Source: an uncultured Sphaerochaeta sp.
GTDB taxonomy: Bacteria; Spirochaetota; Spirochaetia; Sphaerochaetales; Sphaerochaetaceae
NCBI GenBank assembly: GCA_964407735.1
Contig: CAYOWS010000012.1
Span: forward strand, 28,853 to 92,852
Direction: 5' to 3'
Length of the DNA stretch: 64,000 nt
Shown: piece after piece, positions 56,675 to 64,000 of the stretch
How the letters are laid out: each line of letters starts with the position of its first letter
Numbering within the stretch: position 1 is the first letter of the stretch
The notes under the pieces: model-generated
The model's database searches: none
What the model saw: only the letters and a program-made list of their open reading frames with translations
What the model was told of the DNA's origin: nothing
Made by a program: the position numbers and the translations under genes

Positions 56675-56800
56675 GAAAAACCTCTCATGTTGTGTTCGAT
56701 ATTCCACAGTGTATCACGTTTTGCATCTTTTTCTACCGTGAACTGATGAGGAAACGGTGAAAATAGCAGATGCGGTTACCTTGAAGGCAATATCTTTGTA

Positions 56801-56877
56801 CTACGTCTCCTCTACGTCCCGTCTACGTTGCGTCTACGTCTCCTATGTCGGCGGTATGTCCGGGTCTATCTCCTTTG
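56801..56877. repeat. Seven tandem 11-nt units (CTACGTCNNNT type)
   Basis: ctacgtctcct ctacgtcccgt ctacgttgcgt ctacgtctcct atgtcggcggt atgtccgggt ctatctcc. Confidence 0.9.
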
Positions 56878-56947
56878 CCAAGAGGTTGCCGTCTGGCAGT
56901 TCCGCCCCCTCTGGACTAGTTGGCATTTTGATGGTACACCTTTGCCC

Positions 56948-58057
56948 ATGACGACGGACAACGACAGCCCAGGTTTTTCCTGCGGTCCAGATACAATTTT
57001 TTCGATGGAACAACTCTCCGGTTTTCTCTCTTTGACGCCGGAAGAACAGGGGTGGGTGGAAAATGGTCTGACCGTTCCGCTCAGAATACCTTCGTACTAT
57101 CTTTCCCTGATCAACCCGTCGGACCCTGCCGACCCTCTGCGAAGGCAGGTCGTACCTACGATATTCGAGGGCTCGTATGATACTGGAGAGACTAAAGATC
57201 CTCAGGATGAGAGCTCCTATTCTGTTACTCCACGTCTGATCCATCGGTATCGCAACCGTGTCGCCTTTTTGGTCACCGATATCTGTCCGATGTATTGCCG
57301 GCACTGTTTTCGCAGGCGGTTCACCGGCAAGCTGGAAGGTCCCGCAAGTCAGGCGGAAATCGAAGAGGCCGCGGTCTATGTCCAAAAGCATCCGGAGATC
57401 AAGGAGATTCTGTTGACCGGCGGGGATCTGCTGACTGTATCCGATGCCCGCCTGGAATCCTTGATACAGGCTTTCCGTACCCGCCGTCCAGATCTTGTCA
57501 TGCGGCTCTGTACGCGAACTCCGGCCTCGCTGCCACAGCGTATCACCGATGACTTGATAGCGATGTTGAAAAGAAACAATACCGCCCCGTATTATCTGAT
57601 GACTCAGTTCAACCATCCCAGGGAGTTGACCTCCCAGGCTGTAGCCGCTGTCGGAAAGTTCATCGACGCCGGTATTCCGGCGATGAACCAGACTGTCTTG
57701 CTTCATGGAGTCAATGACGATCCTGACACGCTTGAGGAACTGTGCAATACGTTGGTAGCCTCGCGGATCAAACCCTACTATCTGTTCCAAGGTGATCTTG
57801 TGTCGGGCACCTCCCATTTCCGGGTACCCCTTGAGAGAGGGTTTGAGCTCGAACAGGAGCTCCGTCGAAGACTGTCAGGACTGGCGATGCCGGTCTATGC
57901 CGTCGATCTGCCGCAGGGTGGGGGAAAAGTGCCTTTGACCCATTGTTATCTACAGGGCAGGGATGCCGATGGAACTTGGGTCTTTTCAACTCCCGATGGG
58001 GAGCTACGGCGGTATCCTGATCCTATGGAGGGTCAGGAAGCGTCGTGCTGCTCTTGA
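56948..58057 (+). CDS. epmB: EF-P beta-lysylation protein EpmB (KamA-family radical SAM lysine 2,3-aminomutase)
   Basis: Radical SAM motif CPMYCRHCFRR, a KamA-like core (LLTGGDLL, HPRELT), and location next to efp and epmA. An alternative start is at 57005. Confidence 0.85.
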   Translation: MTTDNDSPGFSCGPDTIFSMEQLSGFLSLTPEEQGWVENGLTVPLRIPSYYLSLINPSDPADPLRRQVVPTIFEGSYDTGETKDPQDESSYSVTPRLIHRYRNRVAFLVTDICPMYCRHCFRRRFTGKLEGPASQAEIEEAAVYVQKHPEIKEILLTGGDLLTVSDARLESLIQAFRTRRPDLVMRLCTRTPASLPQRITDDLIAMLKRNNTAPYYLMTQFNHPRELTSQAVAAVGKFIDAGIPAMNQTVLLHGVNDDPDTLEELCNTLVASRIKPYYLFQGDLVSGTSHFRVPLERGFELEQELRRRLSGLAMPVYAVDLPQGGGKVPLTHCYLQGRDADGTWVFSTPDGELRRYPDPMEGQEASCCS

Positions 58058-58320
58058 ATCATCGCTTTTCGTAATGCGGCGTCGATACGTGTCTGATAGC
58101 CTTTCTCTCCATCACGTTTGAACCATTTCAGCTATATCGGCATTTGATTTGTGGCTGGATGGATGATTCATACGCCGTTTTGAATGCTTCGGATTCCAAC
58201 TCAGAAAGTCGGGGGGGGCATCGTTGAATGGCGGGACTGACTGTATCGTCCTGAACCCTGTCAAAGAATGGCCGTCCTGGTCAGAAGTAATCGGGCCAGT
58301 CCAGACCCGCGGAAAGCTTG
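58033..58320 (-). pseudogene. Decayed BrnA/DUF4415-type antitoxin gene
   Basis: The minus strand encodes ...LKWFKRDGEKGYQTRIDAALRKAMIQEQ (the BrnA C-terminal signature). It is preceded by in-frame TAG/TGA stops and frame changes, and the upstream fragment LSELESEAFKTA is in another frame. Confidence 0.55.
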
Positions 58321-58364
58321 CGAAAGAAGGCTCCTGTCTATGGACAAGGACTGGGCGCATCAAA

Positions 58365-58428
58365 GGAGACGTAGACGCAACGTAGGGGCGACGTAGGGGT
58401 ACCCGTATTGCACCCGTATTGTACCCGT
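58365..58428. repeat. Six tandem 11-nt units: three GACGTAG-type then three ACCCGTATTGY-type
   Basis: gacgtagacgc aacgtaggggc gacgtaggggt acccgtattgc acccgtattgt acccgtaaaaa. Positions 58365-58385 are the exact reverse complement of 56823-56843. Confidence 0.9.
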
Positions 58429-58458
58429 AAAAAAACGGCAGGACGATGCCTGCCGTTT
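58429..58458 (-). terminator. Rho-independent terminator of efp
   Basis: On the minus strand acggcagg-catcgt-cctgccgt is followed by T7, 22 nt after the efp stop. Confidence 0.85.
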
Positions 58459-58479
58459 CGTGAGAGTACCTTGCTGGAA

Positions 58480-59043
58480 TTAGCTGTTGACTCTTTCCAA
58501 GTACTCCTTGGTCTCGGTGTTGACGCGGATCTTTTCACCCTGCTTGATGAAGATGGGTACGCGGACCTTGAGACCGGTCTCGGTGGTGACATACTTTGTC
58601 GCGCCCTGGACGGTATCGCCCTTGACGGCCTCTTCTGCCTCAGCGACGAGGAAGACGACCTTGCTGGGAACCTGGATGTCGAGGAGCAGATCCTCCCATA
58701 CGGTACAGCGGTAGGTCTCTCCGTCCTTCATGATGTACTGGTAGTCGGGGAAAGAAGCCATGGGGACTTCAATCTGCTCGTAGGTGCCGGTGTTCATCAT
58801 ATGGAAGTTCTCGCCATCATTGTACATGTACTGATAGTCGATGTCCTCGACGGTGATATCCTCGGCGTTGTCCTGGGTTTTCATGGTCTCACTCAGTGAC
58901 TGACCAGTGGAAGGACTCTTGAGCTTGAGACGGACGAACGCGGATCCCTTTCCGGGATTGACGAACTCACGTTCGACACAAACGAAAGGCTGACCCTTAA
59001 TCAGCAAGGCGGTACCTTTCTCAATCTGACCTGCTTTAATCAT
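58480..59043 (-). CDS. efp: Elongation factor P
   Basis: 187 aa. The N-terminus MIKAGQIEKGTALLIKGQPFVCVEREFVNPGKGSAFVRLKLK carries the conserved PGKG loop lysine. Confidence 0.97.
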   Translation of the reverse strand: MIKAGQIEKGTALLIKGQPFVCVEREFVNPGKGSAFVRLKLKSPSTGQSLSETMKTQDNAEDITVEDIDYQYMYNDGENFHMMNTGTYEQIEVPMASFPDYQYIMKDGETYRCTVWEDLLLDIQVPSKVVFLVAEAEEAVKGDTVQGATKYVTTETGLKVRVPIFIKQGEKIRVNTETKEYLERVNS

Positions 59044-59075
59044 TGTATACCTCTAATCTCTTTGAATTGACTATT

Positions 59076-60068
59076 TTACCTGTCGGGCATCATAACAGAA
59101 AAGGGAAAAAGAATCACCCCCTCGATAGATGTTTTTCCGAGCTGTAGCATCAGCATCCGGTCCATACCCATGGCGACTCCTGAACAAGGGGGAAAATCCC
59201 TCTCGAAATAGTCGGCGAACGACAAGTCTATATCAGGTATGACAGTACCTGTTTTCTCCCTCTGGGTGATGAGCGACGCATACTCCTTCCTGTAGTATTC
59301 CCGGATGGTCGAGGCGTCCCGTTCTTCGTCGTAGCAGTTGGCTACTTCGACACCCCCTGCGTACATCTCCCAGCGTTGCCGGTATGGTCTGCCGGGAATC
59401 TTCTTCGCCAGACAGTCGATCTGTGCCGGATACTCCTGAAGCACTAGCGGACGGTCCTGGGGTAGAGCCGGTTCAACGAACGTAAGGAAGATCCGGTTGA
59501 AGGTCGCCTCCCAGCTCTCTGGAGCTTCTGGAACGTGTAGTCCGAGCTTTACCGCCGCCTCCCGCAAAGCCCGCTGGCTCTGGTTCTTGTCGAGATCGAC
59601 ACCCGCATAGACGTTGCAGGCCTCCGAAACGGACATCTTCCTGAACGGGGGAAGCAGGTGTTCGGGGCAGCCGGGCAGGGCGGTCCGTGCGACCAGATCC
59701 TCCGTGATCGCTATGGAATCCTGGTCGTCGGCTCCGACGGTATAGTACTCCAGCATGGTGAACTCGGGGTTGTGGTGTCGCCCCAGCTGCTCGCAGTTGC
59801 GAAAGCAATGTGAGAACTGATAGATGCTTCCCGATCCCTGCGCGATCAGGCGCTTCATATGGACTTCCGGCGACGGGACGAGGTAGAACTCGCGGCTACC
59901 GATGAATTCGTTGGTGAAGGTCGTGGCGAAGTTCTCGATCGTCGGCTCCGGAATCAGGTCGGGGGAGAGTACCGGGGTGTCGACTTCCGTATAGCCGTGT
60001 TCGTCGAAATAACGACGCATGCCGGCGAACAGCTTGCTGCGTCCGATGGATGATGTCATGTCTAGCAT
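59076..60068 (-). CDS. epmA: EF-P lysine aminoacylase EpmA (GenX/PoxA; truncated class II LysRS paralog)
   Basis: 330 aa. Class II aaRS motifs are present (FYLVPSPEVHMKRL, FRNCEQLGRHHNPEFTMLEYY, CSGVAMGMDRMLM). It lacks an anticodon-binding domain and lies adjacent to efp. Confidence 0.9.
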   Translation of the reverse strand: MLDMTSSIGRSKLFAGMRRYFDEHGYTEVDTPVLSPDLIPEPTIENFATTFTNEFIGSREFYLVPSPEVHMKRLIAQGSGSIYQFSHCFRNCEQLGRHHNPEFTMLEYYTVGADDQDSIAITEDLVARTALPGCPEHLLPPFRKMSVSEACNVYAGVDLDKNQSQRALREAAVKLGLHVPEAPESWEATFNRIFLTFVEPALPQDRPLVLQEYPAQIDCLAKKIPGRPYRQRWEMYAGGVEVANCYDEERDASTIREYYRKEYASLITQREKTGTVIPDIDLSFADYFERDFPPCSGVAMGMDRMLMLQLGKTSIEGVILFPFSVMMPDR

Positions 60069-60250
60069 GCGGCCACTATACCATCACCCCGAAGTCCAAG
60101 GCAAGGTTCCTGCTTCGTGGAGACTTCATCACCCCTTCATAGGTATTTCATGGCGAGTTCGTTTTCTCTCCATTTTCCCATCCCTTCCGGCACATCGGTC
60201 CGTCCTTGGTTGTTGCCCAGACCATAGGGTGTACGGTATACTCGGCGGTG

Positions 60251-61606
60251 ATGAATACCGATGATACGATATACGCCCTGGCGACTCCCTGGGCCGAAAG
60301 CGCCTTAGCCGTCATCCGCACCAGCGGGCCTGATGCTATCTCATTGTCCAGTAGATGTTTTTCACGACAGAAATCTCTTGAGAAAGCGACTTCCGCGACA
60401 CTCGTGCATGGATATATCATCGACCCGGCGACGCAGGAACGGATCGATGAAGCCGTCGCGGCCGTCTATAGGAACGGGCATGGATATACAGGGGAGGAAG
60501 CCGTTGAATTCACCTGCCACGGAAGCCTGCCCGGAGTGCGACGTATTCTGGATATCCTGGCCGCCAACGGCTTTCGTGCCGCTGAACCGGGAGAGTTCAC
60601 CTTCCGGGCGTTCATGCACGGGCGACTGGACCTGACCCAGGCCGAGGCGGTGCAGGAATTGGTCGCCGCCCGCAGCTCCGCCTCCCAGAGCCTGGCGTTG
60701 TCCCGGCTGGGCGGAGCGTTGAAGCGGCGGATCGAGGAATTGAAGCAACAGGTTCTGGACGTAGTCAGTTTCGTCGAAGTCCAGCTCGATTATGCGGAGG
60801 ATGAAATCGGCGGAGACACCACCTTTCCCCGTGGCAAACTGGAAGAAGTGGTCGCTTCGCTGGAATCCTTGGCTTCGACCTGGAACACCGGGCGACTGTA
60901 CGGCCAAGGGGCCCGTATGATTCTCGCCGGTGCGACGAACGCCGGCAAGTCCTCCCTGTTCAACCTGTTTCTCAAGGAGGATCGGGCGATAGTGAGCGAC
61001 CGGCATGGAACCACCAGGGACTTCCTGGAGGCCTGGATACAGTTGGAGGGGATTCCCGTCAGACTGTACGACACCGCCGGATTGCGGAACGCGGACGATA
61101 CCATCGAGGCCGAAGGGATTCGCCGGACCGAACATCTGCTGGAGCAGGCCGATATCATCCTCCTGCTGGTGGACGGCTCCCTGGCCGACGCCATCGCCCG
61201 AACGAAGGAGAACGACTCCATCATCGATGATCCCCGTACCCTCGTGGTATGGAACAAGAGCGATCTTTCCTGCCAGGAGCCGCCCGAAGGGGCGTTGGCC
61301 GTCAGTAGCCGGACGGGGAAGGGTATGGACGCCCTGATCGCAGCGCTGGTGGATCGGCTGAAGGAAGGCGTCCACGCCAGTGGTGACGAGCAGTTGGTCA
61401 TTGAGTCGGACCGTCAGCGGGACGGGTTGCTCAAAGCCGCCGAAGCGTTGCGCCGGGCCGATGAACTGGAATCCGGCGGAATACCGTTGGATATCGTCGC
61501 CGTGGAGCTAAACGAAGCCTTGCACGCTTTGGGCGAGCTGACCGGCGAAGTCACCGGAGCCGATATCCTCGACCGGATTTTTTCCGGTTTCTGCGTCGGG
61601 AAATAG
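60251..61606 (+). CDS. mnmE: tRNA modification GTPase MnmE
   Basis: DTIYALATP N-terminus, G-domain motifs GATNAGKSSLFN and DTAGLR, NKSD, and the C-terminal FCVGK tetrapeptide. Confidence 0.95.
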   Translation: MNTDDTIYALATPWAESALAVIRTSGPDAISLSSRCFSRQKSLEKATSATLVHGYIIDPATQERIDEAVAAVYRNGHGYTGEEAVEFTCHGSLPGVRRILDILAANGFRAAEPGEFTFRAFMHGRLDLTQAEAVQELVAARSSASQSLALSRLGGALKRRIEELKQQVLDVVSFVEVQLDYAEDEIGGDTTFPRGKLEEVVASLESLASTWNTGRLYGQGARMILAGATNAGKSSLFNLFLKEDRAIVSDRHGTTRDFLEAWIQLEGIPVRLYDTAGLRNADDTIEAEGIRRTEHLLEQADIILLLVDGSLADAIARTKENDSIIDDPRTLVVWNKSDLSCQEPPEGALAVSSRTGKGMDALIAALVDRLKEGVHASGDEQLVIESDRQRDGLLKAAEALRRADELESGGIPLDIVAVELNEALHALGELTGEVTGADILDRIFSGFCVGK

Positions 61607-61636
61607 TACAAGAGATATGCGAAGGAAATGCGATAG

Positions 61637-63487
61637 ATGGATTATGATGCGATAGTGATAGGGGGTGGGCACGCTGGTATCGAAGCGGCCTTGGCCCTTT
61701 CCCGGATAGGGTTCGAGACCCTCATGGTCACCCAGAATCTCGATGCGATCGGCAGACTCTCCTGCAACCCCGCCGTCGGCGGTCTCGCCAAAGGGAACCT
61801 TGTGCGGGAGGTCGATGCCTTGGGTGGTGAGATGGGGCATCTGATCGACCACTCAATGATTCAGTTCAGGATCCTCAACCGGAGCCGTGGCCCCGCCGTA
61901 CAGGCACCAAGGGCCCAGGCCGACAAGTTCACCTATCATCGGCTGGCGAAGGAGACCATTGAATCACAGGCGCATCTCGCCCTGTTCATGGATACGGTGG
62001 TTGATATCCTATTAGAACCAGATGGGCATAGAATATGTGGTGTAGTCACCGAAAGGGGACATCGAATCTCCTGCAAGGTCGTGGTAATGACCACTGGGAC
62101 CTTCATGGAGGGGCGTATCTTCATCGGTGAGTACGACGCCCCTTCCGGCCGTCTCGGCGAGCCTGCCGCGGTAGGGCTGGGGACGGCCTTGAGGGCAAAG
62201 GGCTTCTCTGTCGGCAGGTTGAAGACCGGCACACCCGCACGGGTGCGCAAAAGCAGCCTCGACCTCGCTTCCATAGAGGAACAGCCGGGCGACGACGAAA
62301 TGCTTCCGTTCTCGTTCGACTATGAAACGGTGGACCGTCCCCAGATGAACTGCTGGATCACCTGGACCAATGACAGGACGCACAGCATCATCAATGACAA
62401 TATCCATCGGTCGCCGCTGTATGGCGGCAAGATCGTCGGGCGTGGGCCGCGCTACTGCCCCTCGATCGAGGACAAGGTGGTACGGTTCCCCGACAGGGAC
62501 CGGCACCAGATCTTCATAGAGCCGGAAGGGGTGGGGACCGAGGAGATGTACCTCAACGGTCTTTCCTCCTCCTTGCCCGAAGACGTCCAGACTGAATTCA
62601 TCCATTCGATCCGCGGTCTTGAGCACGCAGAGATCATGCGTCCTGCGTATGCGGTCGAGTATGACTATCTTGATCCCTTGCAGTTATTTCCCTCGCTTGA
62701 ATCCAAGTTGGTCGACGGGTTGTTCATAGCAGGGCAGACCAACGGGACGAGCGGGTACGAAGAGGCCGCCTGCCAAGGGCTGATGGCCGGTATCAACGCG
62801 GCCCAGAAGCTGAAAGGTGAAACGCCGCTGATCCTCTCCCGCACCGAAGCCTATACCGGCGTGCTGATCGACGACCTCGTGACGAAAGGGACCAAGGAGC
62901 CGTACCGCATGTTCACCAGCCGCGCCGAGTACCGGCTGAACCTCCGCCATGATTCGGCGGACCAGCGCCTCACCCCGAAAGGCTATGCGGTGGGGTTGCA
63001 GACTGCCGGGCATATGGAACGCTTGCAGGCGAAGCTGAATCGGATCGAAGCGATCAAACAGCTTCTGTCCACCCATCGGCTGGAAGGGAAGAGCTGCCTT
63101 GAAGCGTTGAAGCGTCCTGAGATAACGATCGAGTCCCTGACCGCTGAAATTCCTGAGTTGGCCTCCTTTGACGCTCCCGTCCGGTATCAGGCGGAGCTGG
63201 ATGTCAAATATGATGGCTATATCAAGCGACAGGAGCGTCAGGTCGACAGGTTCGCCCAGCTTGAAGAGATGGCGATTCCCACCGGTTTCGATTATGACGG
63301 TATCGACGGCATCTCCGCGGAATCGCGGGAGAAGTTCAAGCAGGTCCGTCCTGTGTCGATCGGGCAGGCGAGCCGTATCAGCGGCGTCCGCAACAGCGAC
63401 GTCGCGATCCTGATGGTTCATATGGGACACGGAGCTCCCCGCCGGGGGACCGACCGAACATCTGAGGAGGCCGGACATGCCGAGTGA
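61637..63487 (+). CDS. mnmG: tRNA uridine 5-carboxymethylaminomethyl modification enzyme MnmG (GidA)
   Basis: FAD motif YDAIVIGGGHAGIEAA, and the conserved GPRYCPSIEDK, FIAGQTNGTSGYEEAA and TSRAEYRL motifs. Confidence 0.97.
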   Translation: MDYDAIVIGGGHAGIEAALALSRIGFETLMVTQNLDAIGRLSCNPAVGGLAKGNLVREVDALGGEMGHLIDHSMIQFRILNRSRGPAVQAPRAQADKFTYHRLAKETIESQAHLALFMDTVVDILLEPDGHRICGVVTERGHRISCKVVVMTTGTFMEGRIFIGEYDAPSGRLGEPAAVGLGTALRAKGFSVGRLKTGTPARVRKSSLDLASIEEQPGDDEMLPFSFDYETVDRPQMNCWITWTNDRTHSIINDNIHRSPLYGGKIVGRGPRYCPSIEDKVVRFPDRDRHQIFIEPEGVGTEEMYLNGLSSSLPEDVQTEFIHSIRGLEHAEIMRPAYAVEYDYLDPLQLFPSLESKLVDGLFIAGQTNGTSGYEEAACQGLMAGINAAQKLKGETPLILSRTEAYTGVLIDDLVTKGTKEPYRMFTSRAEYRLNLRHDSADQRLTPKGYAVGLQTAGHMERLQAKLNRIEAIKQLLSTHRLEGKSCLEALKRPEITIESLTAEIPELASFDAPVRYQAELDVKYDGYIKRQERQVDRFAQLEEMAIPTGFDYDGIDGISAESREKFKQVRPVSIGQASRISGVRNSDVAILMVHMGHGAPRRGTDRTSEEAGHAE

Positions 63488-64000
63488 GCATCTTCGACAG
63501 TTGTGCCGCGATGGCGTCGATGCGATCGGACTCTCCTTTGCTGAGGGTCAGTATCAGCAGCTATTCGCCTATCTCGATGAGATCGAGTTGTGGAATCCCT
63601 CGTATCGGCTGGTTGGCGCGGAGGGCGACGAACTGGTGGTCAAGCACCTGCTGGACAGCCTTTCCGCCGTGCCGACGCTACAGGCCGTGATCCGCCGGAA
63701 GGGCTGGGGAAGCTGCTGTTTCTGCGATGTAGGCTCAGGGGCTGGGCTTCCTGGCATTCCTCTGGCTATCGCCTTTCCCGATATGCCGTTCACGTTGATA
63801 GAACGCATGGGTCGCCGCGCCGGTTTCTTGCGCAATGCCTTGGCTGTCGCACGGTTGTCGCAACGGGTCGAGGTTTTGCAGGCCGATGTCTCCGAAGTGA
63901 AAAAGAAGTTCAATCTTGTAACCTTTCGTGCGTTTCATCCTTTACAGGATGTTATGAGGGAGATTGGATCAATTCTGTCTGACGACGGAGTGGTCTGTGC
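63477..64000 (+). CDS. rsmG: 16S rRNA m7G527 methyltransferase RsmG (GidB), 3' end outside window
   Basis: SD gaggagg lies before the ATG at 63477, which overlaps the mnmG end. My own translation gives ...LWNPSYRLVGAEGDELVVKHLLDSL...DVGSGAGLPGIPLAIAFP. This frame is not in the ORF track because it has no stop within the window. Confidence 0.85.
   Translation, partial: MPSEHLRQLCRDGVDAIGLSFAEGQYQQLFAYLDEIELWNPSYRLVGAEGDELVVKHLLDSLSAVPTLQAVIRRKGWGSCCFCDVGSGAGLPGIPLAIAFPDMPFTLIERMGRRAGFLRNALAVARLSQRVEVLQADVSEVKKKFNLVTFRAFHPLQDVMREIGSILSDDGVVC

Overview
The window is a 64-kb bacterial chromosomal segment with about 55 protein-coding genes. I found no rRNA, tRNA, CRISPR array, transposase or integrase. 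By eye, GC is in the mid-50s percent in the housekeeping blocks and clearly lower in several accessory stretches. I did not compute GC. The taxon cannot be fixed from the sequence alone.

Housekeeping genes include rlmKL, hslO, ftsH, pepF, an RlmD-like methyltransferase, nadE, polA, coaE, the EF-P modification cluster epmB / efp / epmA, and mnmE-mnmG-rsmG at the right edge.

There are two tripartite efflux modules:
- A tandem-TetR regulator followed by TolC, an adaptor, an RND pump and a small partner protein.
- A TolC / MacA / MacB module followed by a histidine kinase and a sigma-54 response regulator. It is preceded by a near-consensus -24/-12 promoter and an upstream palindrome.

Accessory content includes two Fic proteins, a MazG-like hydrolase, an APH-like kinase, a GNAT acetyltransferase, mscL, mntP behind a yybP-ykoY-type Mn riboswitch, an Rrf2 regulator, a DUF4143-type ATPase, two beta-helix-type lipoproteins and four tandem paralogous small beta-barrel proteins.

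The main structures not explained by genes are:
1. A dispersed family of roughly 11-bp phased GACRTAG repeat arrays at four or more intergenic loci. One pair forms a 21-nt perfect inverted repeat bracketing epmB.
2. A promoter- and terminator-bounded mini-unit carrying a (CT)21.5 microsatellite upstream of a lipoprotein gene.
3. An SD-led 11-codon uORF plus an anti-SD hairpin ahead of the GNAT gene.
4. Operator-like palindromes at the tetR and fic promoters.

All family calls rest on motif recognition by eye. No searches were run.
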